Assembly: GCA_051942205.1 (NCBI GenBank)
Contig: JAVECO010000018.1
Coordinates: 1 to 64,000 of the forward strand
Length of the DNA: 64,000 bases
Direction of reading: 5' to 3'
From: Coniocarpon cinnabarinum
Taxonomy: Eukaryota
The notes under the pieces are model-generated. The model ran no database searches, had not been told where the DNA came from, and worked only from the letters and a program-made list of their open reading frames with translations. Below, one piece after another: positions 23,677 through 35,859 of the stretch (positions within the stretch are counted from its first letter, which is position 1; each line of letters opens with the position of its first letter). The translations under genes and the position numbers were made by a program.

Positions 23677-24502
23677 GATGCAATGTCTGGGCGCTCGAGA
23701 AGTCCGGTAGAGGCGTAAATGAATTACATAGCAAAGCCTCGACGGCCGAGCTTGCAAGATGCTGCGCAGGCTCGACTTGAGGGGGAGAAGTGGAGCAGGG
23801 ATGGGAGCACGCAGAAGAGGATGATATCGAAAGAGGTTAACATTCCATTTCGCAAGAGTTGGCAAGCTGCTGCTCATGAATCCTGCAGGGTCCATCGTCC
23901 CGCATTGAGTGACGCAGATGGCAGCCCCGCCACCCAATCACGCTGCCCCTGTACCTCGGCGACTTCCCAATGGAGCACCATCGCGGCACTAGCTTCCGAT
24001 AATGCTTCCGATACGGAACGCATAATGCTCCTGTGCTTCAGAACGAGCATCGCCAGCCGCTGGGCGATAGTCCTCTGACAATTCTCCTGTAGACAAGTAC
24101 AAGCAGCAGCACAGGCCGTATGAAGCCGCGCCAGCAGGATGTGGTGCAGTGACAGGCCGCATATGCTGCTTATACGGAGACAGAGGAGAATTCGGTCTAT
24201 TGGAATGGTATCTTGCATCTGCGGAGACAGAGTGGAGGATGAAGGAAATAGATCTGACACTGTTGCGTACCGCAACTCTAAGGCGATCCATAATAGCTCG
24301 AAGATCAGCGGAATAATTGAGTCGAACTCTTCGAGAACGAGACTACGCTGCAATTGCCTGCGCAATGCTCCGAGCACTAGCCGTAAGTACGCCTGATTCG
24401 TTGGCGGAATACATTCCGAGTCCCGTGACTTCGTCGAGCATAGACATCATCAATCGCATACAGATCGCCTCTACGCCCTTCAATCGAGTGCTACGCGCCG
24501 TC

Positions 24503-24912
24503 ATGGCTTCCAAAAAAGGTACGCTGCTTTTGAACACCCCAAGCATCAGCGATATGCCCTTTCACGCATCCATCGCACCCATTCGCCCGGCACAAACCTC
24601 CTTCGCATCGCAAGCGCATATTACAGAAGGAACGAACACAATCACTAACGCTGTAACTTCCCAGCCAAATCCCGCACCATTTCCGTTCGCCTCATCAGCA
24701 TGGCCATGACCGGCTACTTCCGCACATACGTCCGGCCGCGCGCGTCACGACCGCTGAGCTTCCTCAAGTACGACCCCGTCGGTACGTTCAGTCGCCGCCA
24801 CGCTTTCATCTCCAGAGGATGACGAAACCTCAAGCAATGAAAAGCCGGGCTGACGGTATACATAGTGAAGAAAAAGGTCCTCTTCCTGGAACAGCGGCGA
24901 GGTGGAAAATGA
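24503..24912 (+). CDS. MRPL39: Mitochondrial ribosomal protein bL33m (yeast Mrpl39-like), 59 aa; exons 24503-24518, 24665-24781, 24866-24912
   Basis: Splicing introns 24519-24664 (GTACGC..CTAAC..CAG) and 24782-24865 (GTACGT..CTGAC..TAG) gives [59 protein letters not shown]. This matches the L33 pattern (VRLxS...TGYF...KYDP.V...VLF.E). Confidence 0.93.
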
Positions 24913-25235
24913 AGCGTGGATTCTTGAAAATTAATCTTTGAGGTTGGACGTGGGGACTAAAGAGCAAGGCCCTGAGAAAACAATCGAAGAGCATAGCGCA
25001 GGCGTCCTGGGAATTGTGATTATATACGACAAGGCTCGGCACAGCCTCACCTTTGAAGAGATATATGCAGTATAACAACCAGCTCCTTGAGATATCAGCT
25101 TCACCGAACAAGTGACAACGCTCCTGCCCATGGAAACCTGTCTTCAATTTGTTGAAACATATCCTCTACCTTGAACATACTTTGCACAACCCCACGTTTG
25201 CTTATTTACCTCCATTCTTGAAGTACGCGGCTTTT

Positions 25236-27802
25236 TCAGCTAGTCCAAATTAGCATTTTCAAATCGCCAGCAACGGAAACGCGTGCCGCATGCGCTTGCA
25301 GAAACGTACCTCGAGTAGGCTTCTTGGTCTTCATTTTTCTCACTTGACTGCTCAGCCCAGGTGCTTTCACAGGACTGTTGCGGATCAGGGGCATCTTGGC
25401 ATTGCGACGGGAATCTTTGCGTCGTGACATCTGAGGCGGAGACTGAACACCGTCCAATGCTCCGAGTCCTTCGTGGACGCCCTGTTGCTGTTCGGTATTG
25501 TGTCGTATCGACGATTGCGTTGGTGTACGTACGCCAGTTGAGCCCTCTGGATCCTCGACTTCGTCACTGTTGACTACTGAACCATTACTGTGCCGACTGC
25601 GGGCAATTTTCGTCTTCATGTTGGCCTGATTATTACTGGTCACAAGTCGTGGTGTCGCAATGACAGCGTTTGGGTGCGCAGCCGTTGAGATCGGCGTGCC
25701 ATTGTGACTTATCATGTCGCACGCATCCAGCACCAAATCCTCATCCTCCTGCTCTTTCTGACTAGCCATTCCATCAACGAAGGCCCACTTGCTCACTAAG
25801 TCTTGTGGTGGCTCGAGTGGCTGGGGCTGTGGCCCTGGGAATGAGTTTTCGATCGTGTGACTTTTGGTTTGACTGCTATTTGCGGCGATGTTCGAAATAG
25901 GCATTGCTTGCCTGTTCTCGTCATCTTGTTGCTCATGAGCACTGTCGTAGACATCGACAGAAGGGGTTGAGAGTCGACTGAGATGTTTGACTGACTGTAG
26001 TCTGAAATCAAGCAGCTGATCAAAACGATGCCCGAGGTCACGTTTCTCCGCTTGCAAAACTTCATTGACCGCCTTCAGCTGCTCCGTTTGCTGAATCTGT
26101 ATCATGTCGTCTCTGAATGCATCAAGACGCTTCAACAAAAGCTCAGCAACAACTTTTGCATCCTCTGCTCGTTGCTCTTCCACATTGTTGCCCTCTGCGA
26201 CCTTGGTTGTCTCGATCGACTTGACTAGAGTTTCGACCTGCGTTTGGAGCGTCAATTCAATTGGTCTTGGTGCACTGTTCACATTCGTGAATGTCCTTAA
26301 TCTCTCTTCAACGTCTGAAAATGTGGCCTTCAGCCCGTCTCGCAAGAGCTGATCTTGTTGCTGTCTAAGACATGAAATGTTAGCAAGATCAATCTGTCTG
26401 TAAGCAGTCCCAAGACCAATGATGCTGCAGCAACCTCAGAAGGTAATTGCTCTCGCAAGAGCAATAGTGGGTCATTGACTTACAGACGCGCCAATACGTT
26501 TTCCTCTATGCTCTGTTGAGATTCCAATTTTGACGCAATGGAGCTGTAGTTGCAAGAGAGTTGATGATTAGTCTCGTTGACTTTTGACAACTGTTGTTCA
26601 AGTCGCACTTTGCTGTTGCGCTCCTCCGTAAGTTCAGCACTTTTCACATAACATTGATGCTCAATTTCTCGCTTGCTCTGCAACTGGATGTGGAGTTCAT
26701 GCTCGAGGTATTCCGCCTTACGCAGATCATCAGTCATGCGCTTGCTTTCGGCTTGCAATTTCTTGATCTGCGATAGGTACTGCTCTAGCTTTATTTGCTC
26801 GCGTATGCCGTTTCCTTTCACATCGCCAAGTTCCTGGCTAAGTTGCTTTACATGCTCTTCGAGATCAGTGCGCTTGGTCTTCAGATAATTCTGCACTGCA
26901 TTAGCATAGAAGGCTATTCAATGAGTAGAGAAAGCGATTAGCCGACTGAGGGGCCTGTGCACAAGACTGACCATGTCACCGAAGACGCCTTTCAGGTTTT
27001 TCTGGAAGCCAATTGCTTTTGTTTTGAGCTTGTCTAGTTGTTCCCTTAATGTTCTCGCCTCAGCTCGCTCTTGTGCAAGAGCTTCCTGTAGCATCACCAG
27101 CTCATGGTTTTCCTTGCTCAGACGACGCAACTCGGCCGTTGCACGTGTAAGGGCATCTTCGTACTTCTCTCGATGCTGTTGAGTCCTCACATTGACTTCA
27201 TCCTGCAGCATGTCCTGAAGCTGTTGACTCAGTGTACGAGAGCCTTTGCAAGACCGCCTACCGCTTGTGTGTGTCGAAATGGGGTTTCGTTGCACGGGTC
27301 TGCTTGGAGATTTTTGCATATGACACGGTGATGGTGACTTGGATGTGTGGTTGACTTGAATGCTGGAAGGTCGAGATCCCTTTGGAGACTTTTGCACACG
27401 GCATGGGGACGGCAACTTGGCGCTGTCATTGATTTGGATGTGCATAGGATGAGGCTTGTTTGGAGACTTTTGGACACGGCTTGGAGACGGTGACTTCTTG
27501 CTTTGCCTGGCCTGGGCGTTGGTGACATAAACATCCTTATCGTCAGCTGCGTCTTGACACTGCCCATTGATAGCTGAGAAGGCGGTCTGATCCTTTGGCT
27601 GAACTGAAGTGCTTTCAGGTTCTACACTGTGTAGAACGCAATGATCCTGAATCAGTGTGGGCCCAATATGAGAAGCTATAGGACCTTTTCGGTTCTTGCC
27701 GACAGTATCAATCTCTGTGAGAACCCGTGGAGTAAAGCGAAAAGGCTTTGCTGTTTCGGACTCAAGGGGCCTCTGAATCAGGCCCTGCCCATTCTCGGCC
27801 AT
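25236..27802 (-). CDS. Hypothetical coiled-coil protein with N-terminal SP-rich repeats; exons 27802-26972, 26890-26484, 26364-25236
   Basis: Three ORF-track segments join in frame via introns 26971-26891 (GTCAGT..CTAAT..CAG) and 26483-26365 (GTAAGT..CTAAC..TAG). Long central heptad-rich region flanked by disordered ends. Confidence 0.75.
27263..27496 (-). repeat. Three degenerate 78-bp (26-aa) tandem coding repeats
   Basis: KSPSPSRVQKSPNKPHPMHIQINDSA / KLPSPCRVQKSPKGSRPSSIQVNHTS / KSPSPCHMQKSPSRPVQRNPISTHTS, starting at 27496, 27418 and 27340. Confidence 0.85.
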
Positions 27803-28689
27803 GCCTGTGAAGGCCAGCAGAAACGCGCTAAAAAGAAAAAACCGAAAGGGAAGTAGAGGAAAAGGACTCGGACAGTAAAATCGAATTTGCGTGTCAAAAT
27901 CATGGAAAAGATGTGGCGGTGACGGTCGAGCACGGGACCGCGAAAAGGGAAGGCACCTGGGGTGCGATACTTCACCGACTTCGCAGCAGTGACCTAGCAG
28001 AGCGTGGCATTTCATTCCTACTATGAGCATCTATCAAAAAGGGCTAGTGCTAGCATTTCCCAGGGATCACCGGACTATAGGCCTTTTAATAGGCATGAGA
28101 AGACTCGCTTCGAGGCCATGTGCAACAGAAGAGAAGATATTTGTCTACTTCTGGTGGAGGACGAACGGCGTTGCCGACTTCACTTCGAGCTAACGTTAAA
28201 GTCTTGGATGTCTTGGATATCTTGGATCCATCGACCACTAATGGATTGAATGTATCAATTGATTGCCCCTCGAAGAAGGAGGACATGTCATGTCCTGGAG
28301 CATCGGTGTGGAGGAAAAATCATGGCACGTGCATGGCGAGCTGATCTGGAGGATGCCAAGGCTTACGAGAGCTCACTGACCAATGAGATTCAAGGGGTCT
28401 GTGATGCAGTTGTTTGAAGTAAGCGCCCAGGACGACCCCTTGTCCAATCCTGTCTCTTTACCTCTATGAATCGCAAAGAGAGTCCTGGTGATGAGGCTGT
28501 GATAGAGGTATTTGTACAAGGGTTTCTTGGCCGGCGGCTATCGTGCAAGGAGTTGATGAAGCCTCGAAGGCCCTTCACGCAACCCTCATTCACGATGAGC
28601 TTGCGTACAGTGTGCTTAAACACCGCATCCATCGTCTTGTTTGAACGTGAGGACAATTCGCCTATATCACTCAAGAGCGTTCTGCCACA

Positions 28690-29289
28690 ATGGCCATGAG
28701 TATTCTGCTATCAGTCGCGTTCTTTTTCGCTACAGCCCTTGCGCAGAACTCCTCCCCCGAGGACAGCGGTAGCAATGCTGGTTCTTCGGGTTCTCAATCG
28801 TCAAGTCACATCGATAATGAAGGAGGCGCATCTGGAGCAAGCAGCGGTTACAATCTCTCCAAAGGCGGTGTCGTGGCGATTGTGGTCGTCTGCGCGCTTG
28901 TAGCAATATTCGGCAGTGAGTTAACCCTATTCTCCACCGAAATTCAGTGATTGAAGAGTGTGCTAGTTGCCTCCGCGACCCTCTTCTACATCGCCAAGAA
29001 GCGCCAATGGGAAGTCCGCAAAACCATCAAGCGGGCCTCAAGGCGCGTGGTGAGCAAGGTTAACCCTCGCCAAAGCCGTCACCAGTCACGACCCCGCGGC
29101 ATGGTTCGCATGCAGTCGCCGTCTCGTATGAGGAATGTCGACCTTGAGAAGGGCAACATGTCCAAGTCCAGCACGAAAGGCGACGGGCGCGCAAAGCGCG
29201 AGCCACTGGAGATTGACGACACTCAGACCAGCACCTCTCACGGCGTTAAGTCGTTTCAAACCAAAAATGAGCCACTCTCCAAAAAGTGA
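28690..29289 (+). CDS. Small single-pass membrane protein with signal peptide; exons 28690-28915 and 28967-29289
   Basis: Signal peptide, S/G-rich linker, TM GGVVAIVVVCALVAIFGIASATLFYI joined across intron 28916-28966 (GTGAGT..TAG), then basic AKKRQWEVRKTIKRASRR. Confidence 0.82.
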
Positions 29290-29338
29290 CGCCTGTTATG
29301 AATGATGATATCGACATGCCGAGTTGCTTCAACGACGA

Positions 29339-30423
29339 TCAGCTGGGCGCAGCAGTCTGAAGTGCAGCTACTCCGTCCTCCAGATCTTTGCAGGAAAGGA
29401 GAAAGCCCCACGTCTTTGCTGTGTTATACTCCACACATTGTTGTGCAAATTCAGGCGATGTTGTCGCAGATCCATCGCTGAGTAAAAGGCAGTCGTATCC
29501 TTTAGTGAAGGCGTCTTGCAGCGAACCGGCTACACACTGATCCGTGTTAACGCCGGCGAAAATCAACGTCCTGAAGTCATGCTCTTTCAAGTAGTCTGTA
29601 CATAACGTGTCGCCACCCCAGAGACCAGACATACGATTCTTGTGTATCCATACGTCTTCACGCTGGCTATCGCTACGCATGCCATCACGTCGCGCTCTTT
29701 CGAGCACTGGGTGAAGTTCAGTATTCCACTGGTCGCGCATTAAAAGCTGTCCACCAGAGACTGAACTGCCGTCGTCTAACCGAACAGGCTCGATCATGCT
29801 TCCAAGACCGCGGTAAATGCGAGGATCTTTCCCAAATGGCGTTTTGATCTAGAATCAAATTCTGTCAGCTGACCTCTGAGCGCGAAGAATCGAGTTGATA
29901 TTTTGCGAGCCTCAATACTCACGTGTGTTCCAAACTTTTCTGCAATCTTTGGTGATCCAGTATTGACGCCATGATCATCCACTGCAGTCTGTCGACCCGC
30001 ATCATCAGTCAGACGTTGATTTTCAGGCACAGTTGAGAACCCAAATGCCCTTAGAGTAGCTGGTGGCATGTCCTCAACTTCGTCTTGTGAAAGACCCCAG
30101 TTGAGCCACACAATCTGGATGTCAGCCTTGCGACAAGCCGGTATTGCGTGCTCTGCGAGCTGTCTGGCTGCCTTGAGACCCTTGCTTTCTGAAGGCCTAC
30201 CAATGTACTCGGAGAGAAAGAAGTTTTGCATATCAATTATGACGAGCGCAGATTTTGCAGGATCGATGGCAATACTACCATTAGTTGTCTGCAGAGGTAT
30301 GCGCGGGTATATTGGGGGAGCATCTGGCTGTGTTGGATGTGTTAGATCAAAGCCATGCTTGCTGTGATGAATCCAAAAGTTTCCTTGAGGATTGCCTATC
30401 AATCCATGCCGATGTTCCGCCAT
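29339..30423 (-). CDS. Isochorismatase/cysteine hydrolase family protein; exons 30423-29923 and 29848-29339
   Basis: Catalytic D-K-C triad motifs ALVIIDMQNFF, HKNRMSG, AGVNTDQCV. Intron 29922-29849 (GTGAGT..CTGAC..TAG). Confidence 0.9.
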
Positions 30424-31058
30424 CTGGGCCAAATCTGAGACGAAGTCTACACAATAGTTGAGGTTTGACGTGAATAGTGTTGCACAGCACAAGGATCACG
30501 AAGTAGAAGAGGGCACATCAAGAGCAGTAAGGTAGTGTCAAATGTGGGGGTCTCCACTTTACCTACTGACCAGAAACAATGTCCTGAATTAGCAGGTCAA
30601 TCTTGACGGACAAAGCTTCATAAGACCAAAGAAAAATCGGGTGTTCGTTCGCAAGAGCCTTGAGAGTAATCCATTTTATGTTGATGGAAATTGTTGACTC
30701 AAGGCCCTCGACCTTGAGTATACGTACCTCGCAGTAGCTCAATGCTATACTTGTCAAGCGTGTCAAAGTCTTGCCGTCGTGTCGGCCGGTCTGAAGCCCC
30801 TCTGAAGCCCCATGTTCATAAGGCCTAGCGGAGATTTGGCGACGCCCTCTCAATGGCTCACTTACTGCATTAGGAGATTTCATATAGCCTTCCACGCGCG
30901 AGCTTCGCGTAGAGTGGCTGGAGGGCGCGTTCGTCAGATCCATGACTAGCGCGCGTATCTCGACCTCAAAACCTCGAACACGTTCTCGAGGACCATGCCC
31001 TTGACCAGAGGAGCTCTGCGTAGCTCTATGGGCCTTCAACAAAGCCTGGGATCTTACA

Positions 31059-34000
31059 ATGACGTCTGTAGGCGATGTCGCCCCCATCAGACCCCCAACT
31101 CCTCCAAAACGACAGGCCGGTGACGATGGCATTTATGAGGCCTTGCGCTACCTCGATACCTCAGATGATCTTATAGCCGGCAAATCCCTGGCCACGCCTC
31201 CTCCAAGCTCGCCTCATACTACAACATCCAAGGCGGAGTCTTCCCCAGCGTCTAAGAAGATTCGATTTGAAACGAATACAACGTGCATCGACGATGCACT
31301 CTTGAGCCGAGAGAAACAATGCCCCCACTACCGATGTGAACAGGATTCTGCTCGCAAAAATGAAAAGCGGATAGCACTTACCAAGTCGATCCTGAAGCCA
31401 GTGGATTTAAATACCACACTGCTTCCTAGAGGTAAATACAGCACTTCCACTAATGACGGCGGTGCTGACATCAATCCACCAGGCGAACGGACGGTCCAGA
31501 GCCCACCAAGGCTAGCAAGCCTACCTGAAATGCTCGAATACGCAGTTGCGCAGCTGGCGGGGGGCACGCCAATGACTAAACGTGACGGCTACCGGGCCCT
31601 CTTTGGCTCCTTGAAGAATTGTAATGAGAACCAGGCTCGATCTCTATATCTTCAAAAGCTACCCCTACTGGAAGACTTTGTGAAGCGGGATATGCGAAAC
31701 TCAGACAATACTGGCGAGCCAGCAAGTACGGTCAGTAAGCACTTCTTTGCCTCAACAGGAGCTTAGAGCAAAACTTCCAAGCCTTCCAGTATACGTCCTA
31801 CGCAGAGCTTACTGACAGGATCTTAGTGCCTATCCCTCGATGCTTCAAAGCTCGCAGTGTCTCTTTTCGTCGAAAGCTTTCGTTTACATCAAAGCCTCAG
31901 TCATGAATTTATTAACTGGCTATTCGAGAACACTATGGCGCAGCTTACCTCTGTAACGGTAAACAAGCAACGAGCCAAAGACCAGCTCATGATCCTAACC
32001 AATCCCAACTTTTGCGTCAAAGTGATCAACACTGAAAGGGCCAAGTTGATCCTACGACGTTTGTTTACCATTCACGAACGAGTCAGCGGCGTCGCGATCC
32101 AGGTGCTCAGGCTGATGATTATAACCCAACTTCTGGAAAATCACAAAGCCGTCTTGCTGTCGAGCATTCGTCATTGGGTGCCACTTATGCTACACTCTAT
32201 GCTAAGTAGTTCCCGGGAACTACGTTGCCAAGCTATTAACCTGGCTCAACGGGCTGCCAGCTCACTTGGGAGCCAAAAGGCAGCATCCGCCGCTGTCATC
32301 GAATTTCTCGACTTGCCAAACGACTCTCGAGGTCATAATTTTGACCTTTTAGAAAGCTGGTTCTTACGGATGCTTAAAGCAGATAAGGAGGACGCCCTGG
32401 AGGTGCCACGCATGTGGTCCTCCATCATCATGTTTCTTCGCGGCCCTGGGAGTTGCCTCCAGGACTGGAAATACTTGGATCGCTACCTAAGGATAATACA
32501 GCGTTGTTTCAATACCAGTAATGAACGCGTACACGTCAAAGCCTTCGTTGCCTGGAATCACTTTACCGCCGCCCTACATCGTGACGGCTTTATGAAAGAG
32601 TCGCTTCTGAAGATCTTGTGTCAACCGACTTTCCGTTACCTTCAAAGACATAGGACAAGCCAAGAAATCGCCCGAGGACGTGACGCTGCACTCTACAGCT
32701 TCCACTTCTTGCTTTTTCTATCCTTCGGACCCAATGCCAAACCTGGACACTGGGTGCTCGCTTGGAAAACTTTTGTGCACCAAGCCATCACTCAAGTAGC
32801 GCCGTCGGACCCTTTTCTTGCTGCGGAGCTTGGACGAATATTTCGCGCGTTGTTCTCTACAGATTTTCGAATCTGGAACACATCCTTGATCAGGCTACAG
32901 TCTGCGCAGCCCGTCAAGCTCATTAACTTACCTCGGCTGACGGCTACATGGATTAGAGACAATCTATCCGATACAATTCTACCATCAATGTCTGCACTTA
33001 TTCCTTGGACTTCTGAACGACGCAGCATTGAGCACCTGGAATGCCAAGCGCAATCAGTGCGTGTCCTCTTTGAAGAGCTTCTGAGGTGCTTGTTGGAAGC
33101 TACAAGCAAAGAGATTAACCCTTCACTGGAAACAATGGCGGCCACAATTGGCATTATGAGCTTCATGCTGAAGAACACGATAGTCTTGAGTGACAGTCGA
33201 CCACAGTTCAATGAGATTCACCTTGGGCTTCTGCTAGGATGCTTTTTGTCGATGGTTGAGAAACTTGTGCAGCTTTTAGGACCCAAGCGCCTCACTATGA
33301 CGTTGGGCAACACCAGTGTTCATATGTCCGACATTGACTCATCAATTCCAGTTCTGGTCCTGCTGCTCGAAAATCTTGTCGACGTTGAAGCCAATGTGGA
33401 TCAAAGGATCGCAGACCGCCAGTCTGACGCTGCTGGTGCTCTTTACCGAATTCTCAGAAATGAATCATCATTCTCGCAATGGCTTTCTGAAAAGTGCAGA
33501 CTGCGGTTTGAAAAGTTTGGGCCCGTCGTGAGCAATCAAGGTCCAGATCTATTGGTGACAAATCCTGTCACAACCTCAGGCGCGTTGAGGCCAAGACCGA
33601 CACCTCGACGCCCGCGACACGACGACTCACAGGTTGACTTCGTCGCCATTGAGTGTACTTCAGATGCTGGAAATAGACCTGACTCGCAAATGTTAACTGA
33701 GCACCAACATGAAGTACGGCAACGACAGCTTGATCAAGCCAAGTCTTATCCCGACTTCCGCTCCAGTCCACCTGCAGAAGCCCTTAATGATGGCGCCTTC
33801 CGCAATGCTGATCTAGTTATTATTGACGAGTCGAGGATGGATGCCAACCAGGCCGAGAAGGAAAATCTATCCTCATGTGTATTCGACACTGCACACGTCA
33901 ATCCCAGTGACACGCTGAACACGTCTCCTCAACCGCATCAGCATCCTGATGTCAATAACTCAACAATCGAGCGAATACCTTATGACAGTGCTCACTCCGT

Positions 34001-35513
34001 GCAGCCACCGCTCAATAAAGTTGATCTGCCTCATTCAAGTTCGCACCTTAACGCGATCGCTCAGTGTGGCTCTGCACTTGAGAGCAAGCTCATTCACAGG
34101 CATCCTTCAAATAGCAAATTCGATGACAACCCCTCAATACCCGATCAACTATGCCAAAACAAGGACTTCACGTCGTCAAGCACTAGCAACAATTGTAATA
34201 CGGACGTTGCAGCGGGCGAGGCACGAACCAGGAGCACTTCAGATCCGTCACCCTTGCCTACAGACTCGACCGAGCACGACGAACGCGCCCATCATATTGA
34301 GCATCATCAAGTAGATGGAGGCGTTTCACAAGTTGATGATTCATTTATTGAGGCTGTGGTCCCACTTGAGCATCCCAGTTCTGCTTCGAACCACAGTGAT
34401 TCAGAACATGGTTCAGAGGAAAAAGTTTCAGTTAAGGATCGCAAGCTCGACGTGATTCGAGAAGCTTCAAAAAGTCCTCCTGGCACCAAGACTGTTGTTC
34501 AAATCGATGTTCCCCAGACCTCATCTCCAGGAAATTCGAATATGGTCAACTCAGACCTTCAGGTTGCTAATGCAGCAATCAAGCCTCCTGCCAGGATTAG
34601 ACGCATGACATGGAAGCGCAGAGCGTCATTGCAGACTGCTCAACCTTCAGCTGCTAAAAGGCTGCGAGTGCCTGATAGCGTGGCCAAAGTATCATCTCCG
34701 CAGCCACCTTCAGGCAGCACTCCAAAAGACAGCGACTCCGAATTGGAGACTGATGAATACATCGTCCTCGGCAAGCCTACGCAGAACTCTTCCAGCACCA
34801 CTGCAAACCGGTCTAAGCGAGCAAAGAAAGTTTCTATTCAGCGCAGATCAACACGAAGTAAAACCCCTGTCCAGGCTTCTACTCCCAGCGCAAACACTAG
34901 AAGGTCATCAAGACGTTCGTCTTTGGTGCAGTCAGCAGCTTCAATACCTGCACAGCCATCGTCACGGAAGCGAGGTGCCAGCATCGTACAAGGGACTGAA
35001 GACAATTCTGCTCGTCGCAAGAAGCGCAAGAACCAAGAAGAGGCAGCCGTAAGTCCCATCTCGCAATCAGGCCGCGTTACGCGCAGCATCTCACGCGCAA
35101 ACGCATTGTCTCCGGAAACCGAAAGACCAGCTGCCAAACGCAGCGCCCATTTGCAAAAAAGCAAGCGCCAGTCAAAGCCACACAAAGCCAAGACACCTGA
35201 AAAGCAGCATGACGACTCGCCTGCGTCCAGCCAATCTACGGGAAATGATGCATCGCAGGGACCTCACTTCACATTCACTCCGCCAGCTCCGGAAACGCCC
35301 TCAGCAATCCGTTCATCACAACGAGATGAGCAGCTCTCACCGTCTTCGACAGCGAGACTCGCCCACACAGTGACCATGACCCTTCGTGATCTGTTCAAAG
35401 ATGTGAAGAGATTGTTTATGGGCGGTGCAGCTGTTGAGCAGCAGCGGCAAGAGCTGGAGGATGCGTATGATGCTTTGGGACGGCAGGTTCGTGCTGCTGG
35501 ACGGAGGGCATGA
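31059..35513 (+). CDS. RIF1: Telomere length regulator / replication timing factor Rif1; exons 31059-31730 and 31827-35513
   Basis: N-terminal RPPTPP, RVxF-type KKIRF and SILK motifs. HEAT-like Rif1_N region (IIQRCFN..AFVAW, LPRL...WIR). LRHDDSQ-like RHDDSQVDFVAIE..SQMLTEHQ.EV motif. Long disordered C-terminus. Intron 31731-31826 GTCAGT..CTGAC..TAG keeps the frame. Confidence 0.85.
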
Positions 35514-35859
35514 ACAAGTTTAGGATGGATCGATGCAATGTCATTTGCATAGTGAAGCGTTTGTATAGCATTGCTCGCTTGGAGGGGCATTGGAGCGTTT
35601 CGCATTGAGTGTTCGTTTATGCATAGCATCTCCTAGAGTCTCACAATTGTACATACGCCAGAAACGAAATATGAACGAGTTGTCTCTGACGTTTACATCT
35701 TACCTCATTGCCCATTTCGCTAAGCCTCATGGCGCAAGAGCCAGATTGAAAAATACCGCAATACACATGATATTGGCAACATCGCTATGAGGCGCATGAA
35801 ATTGCATTTCGCAATCGCAATCGGCGCTTCTATGGTAAGTGGTAGCCCCAGGAGGCAGT

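Noticed and set aside
23677..23937. 87-codon N-terminal extension of the Mid2-like protein from a TTG start
   Set aside because: It would bury a clear signal peptide; most likely an open 5' UTR.
28201..28228. 3 x 9-bp TCTTGGAT(G/A) micro-repeat
   Set aside because: Short simple repeat without spacers; not CRISPR-like and no evidence of function.
17517..30423. NMNAT plus isochorismatase-family gene as an NAD-salvage cluster
   Set aside because: They are 11 kb apart with unrelated genes between, and nothing in the sequence identifies the hydrolase as a nicotinamidase.
31731..31826. Stwintron in RIF1 (overlapping GTCAGT/GTAAGC donors)
   Set aside because: Removing an inner intron does not regenerate a good donor, and a single 96-nt intron explains the frame.
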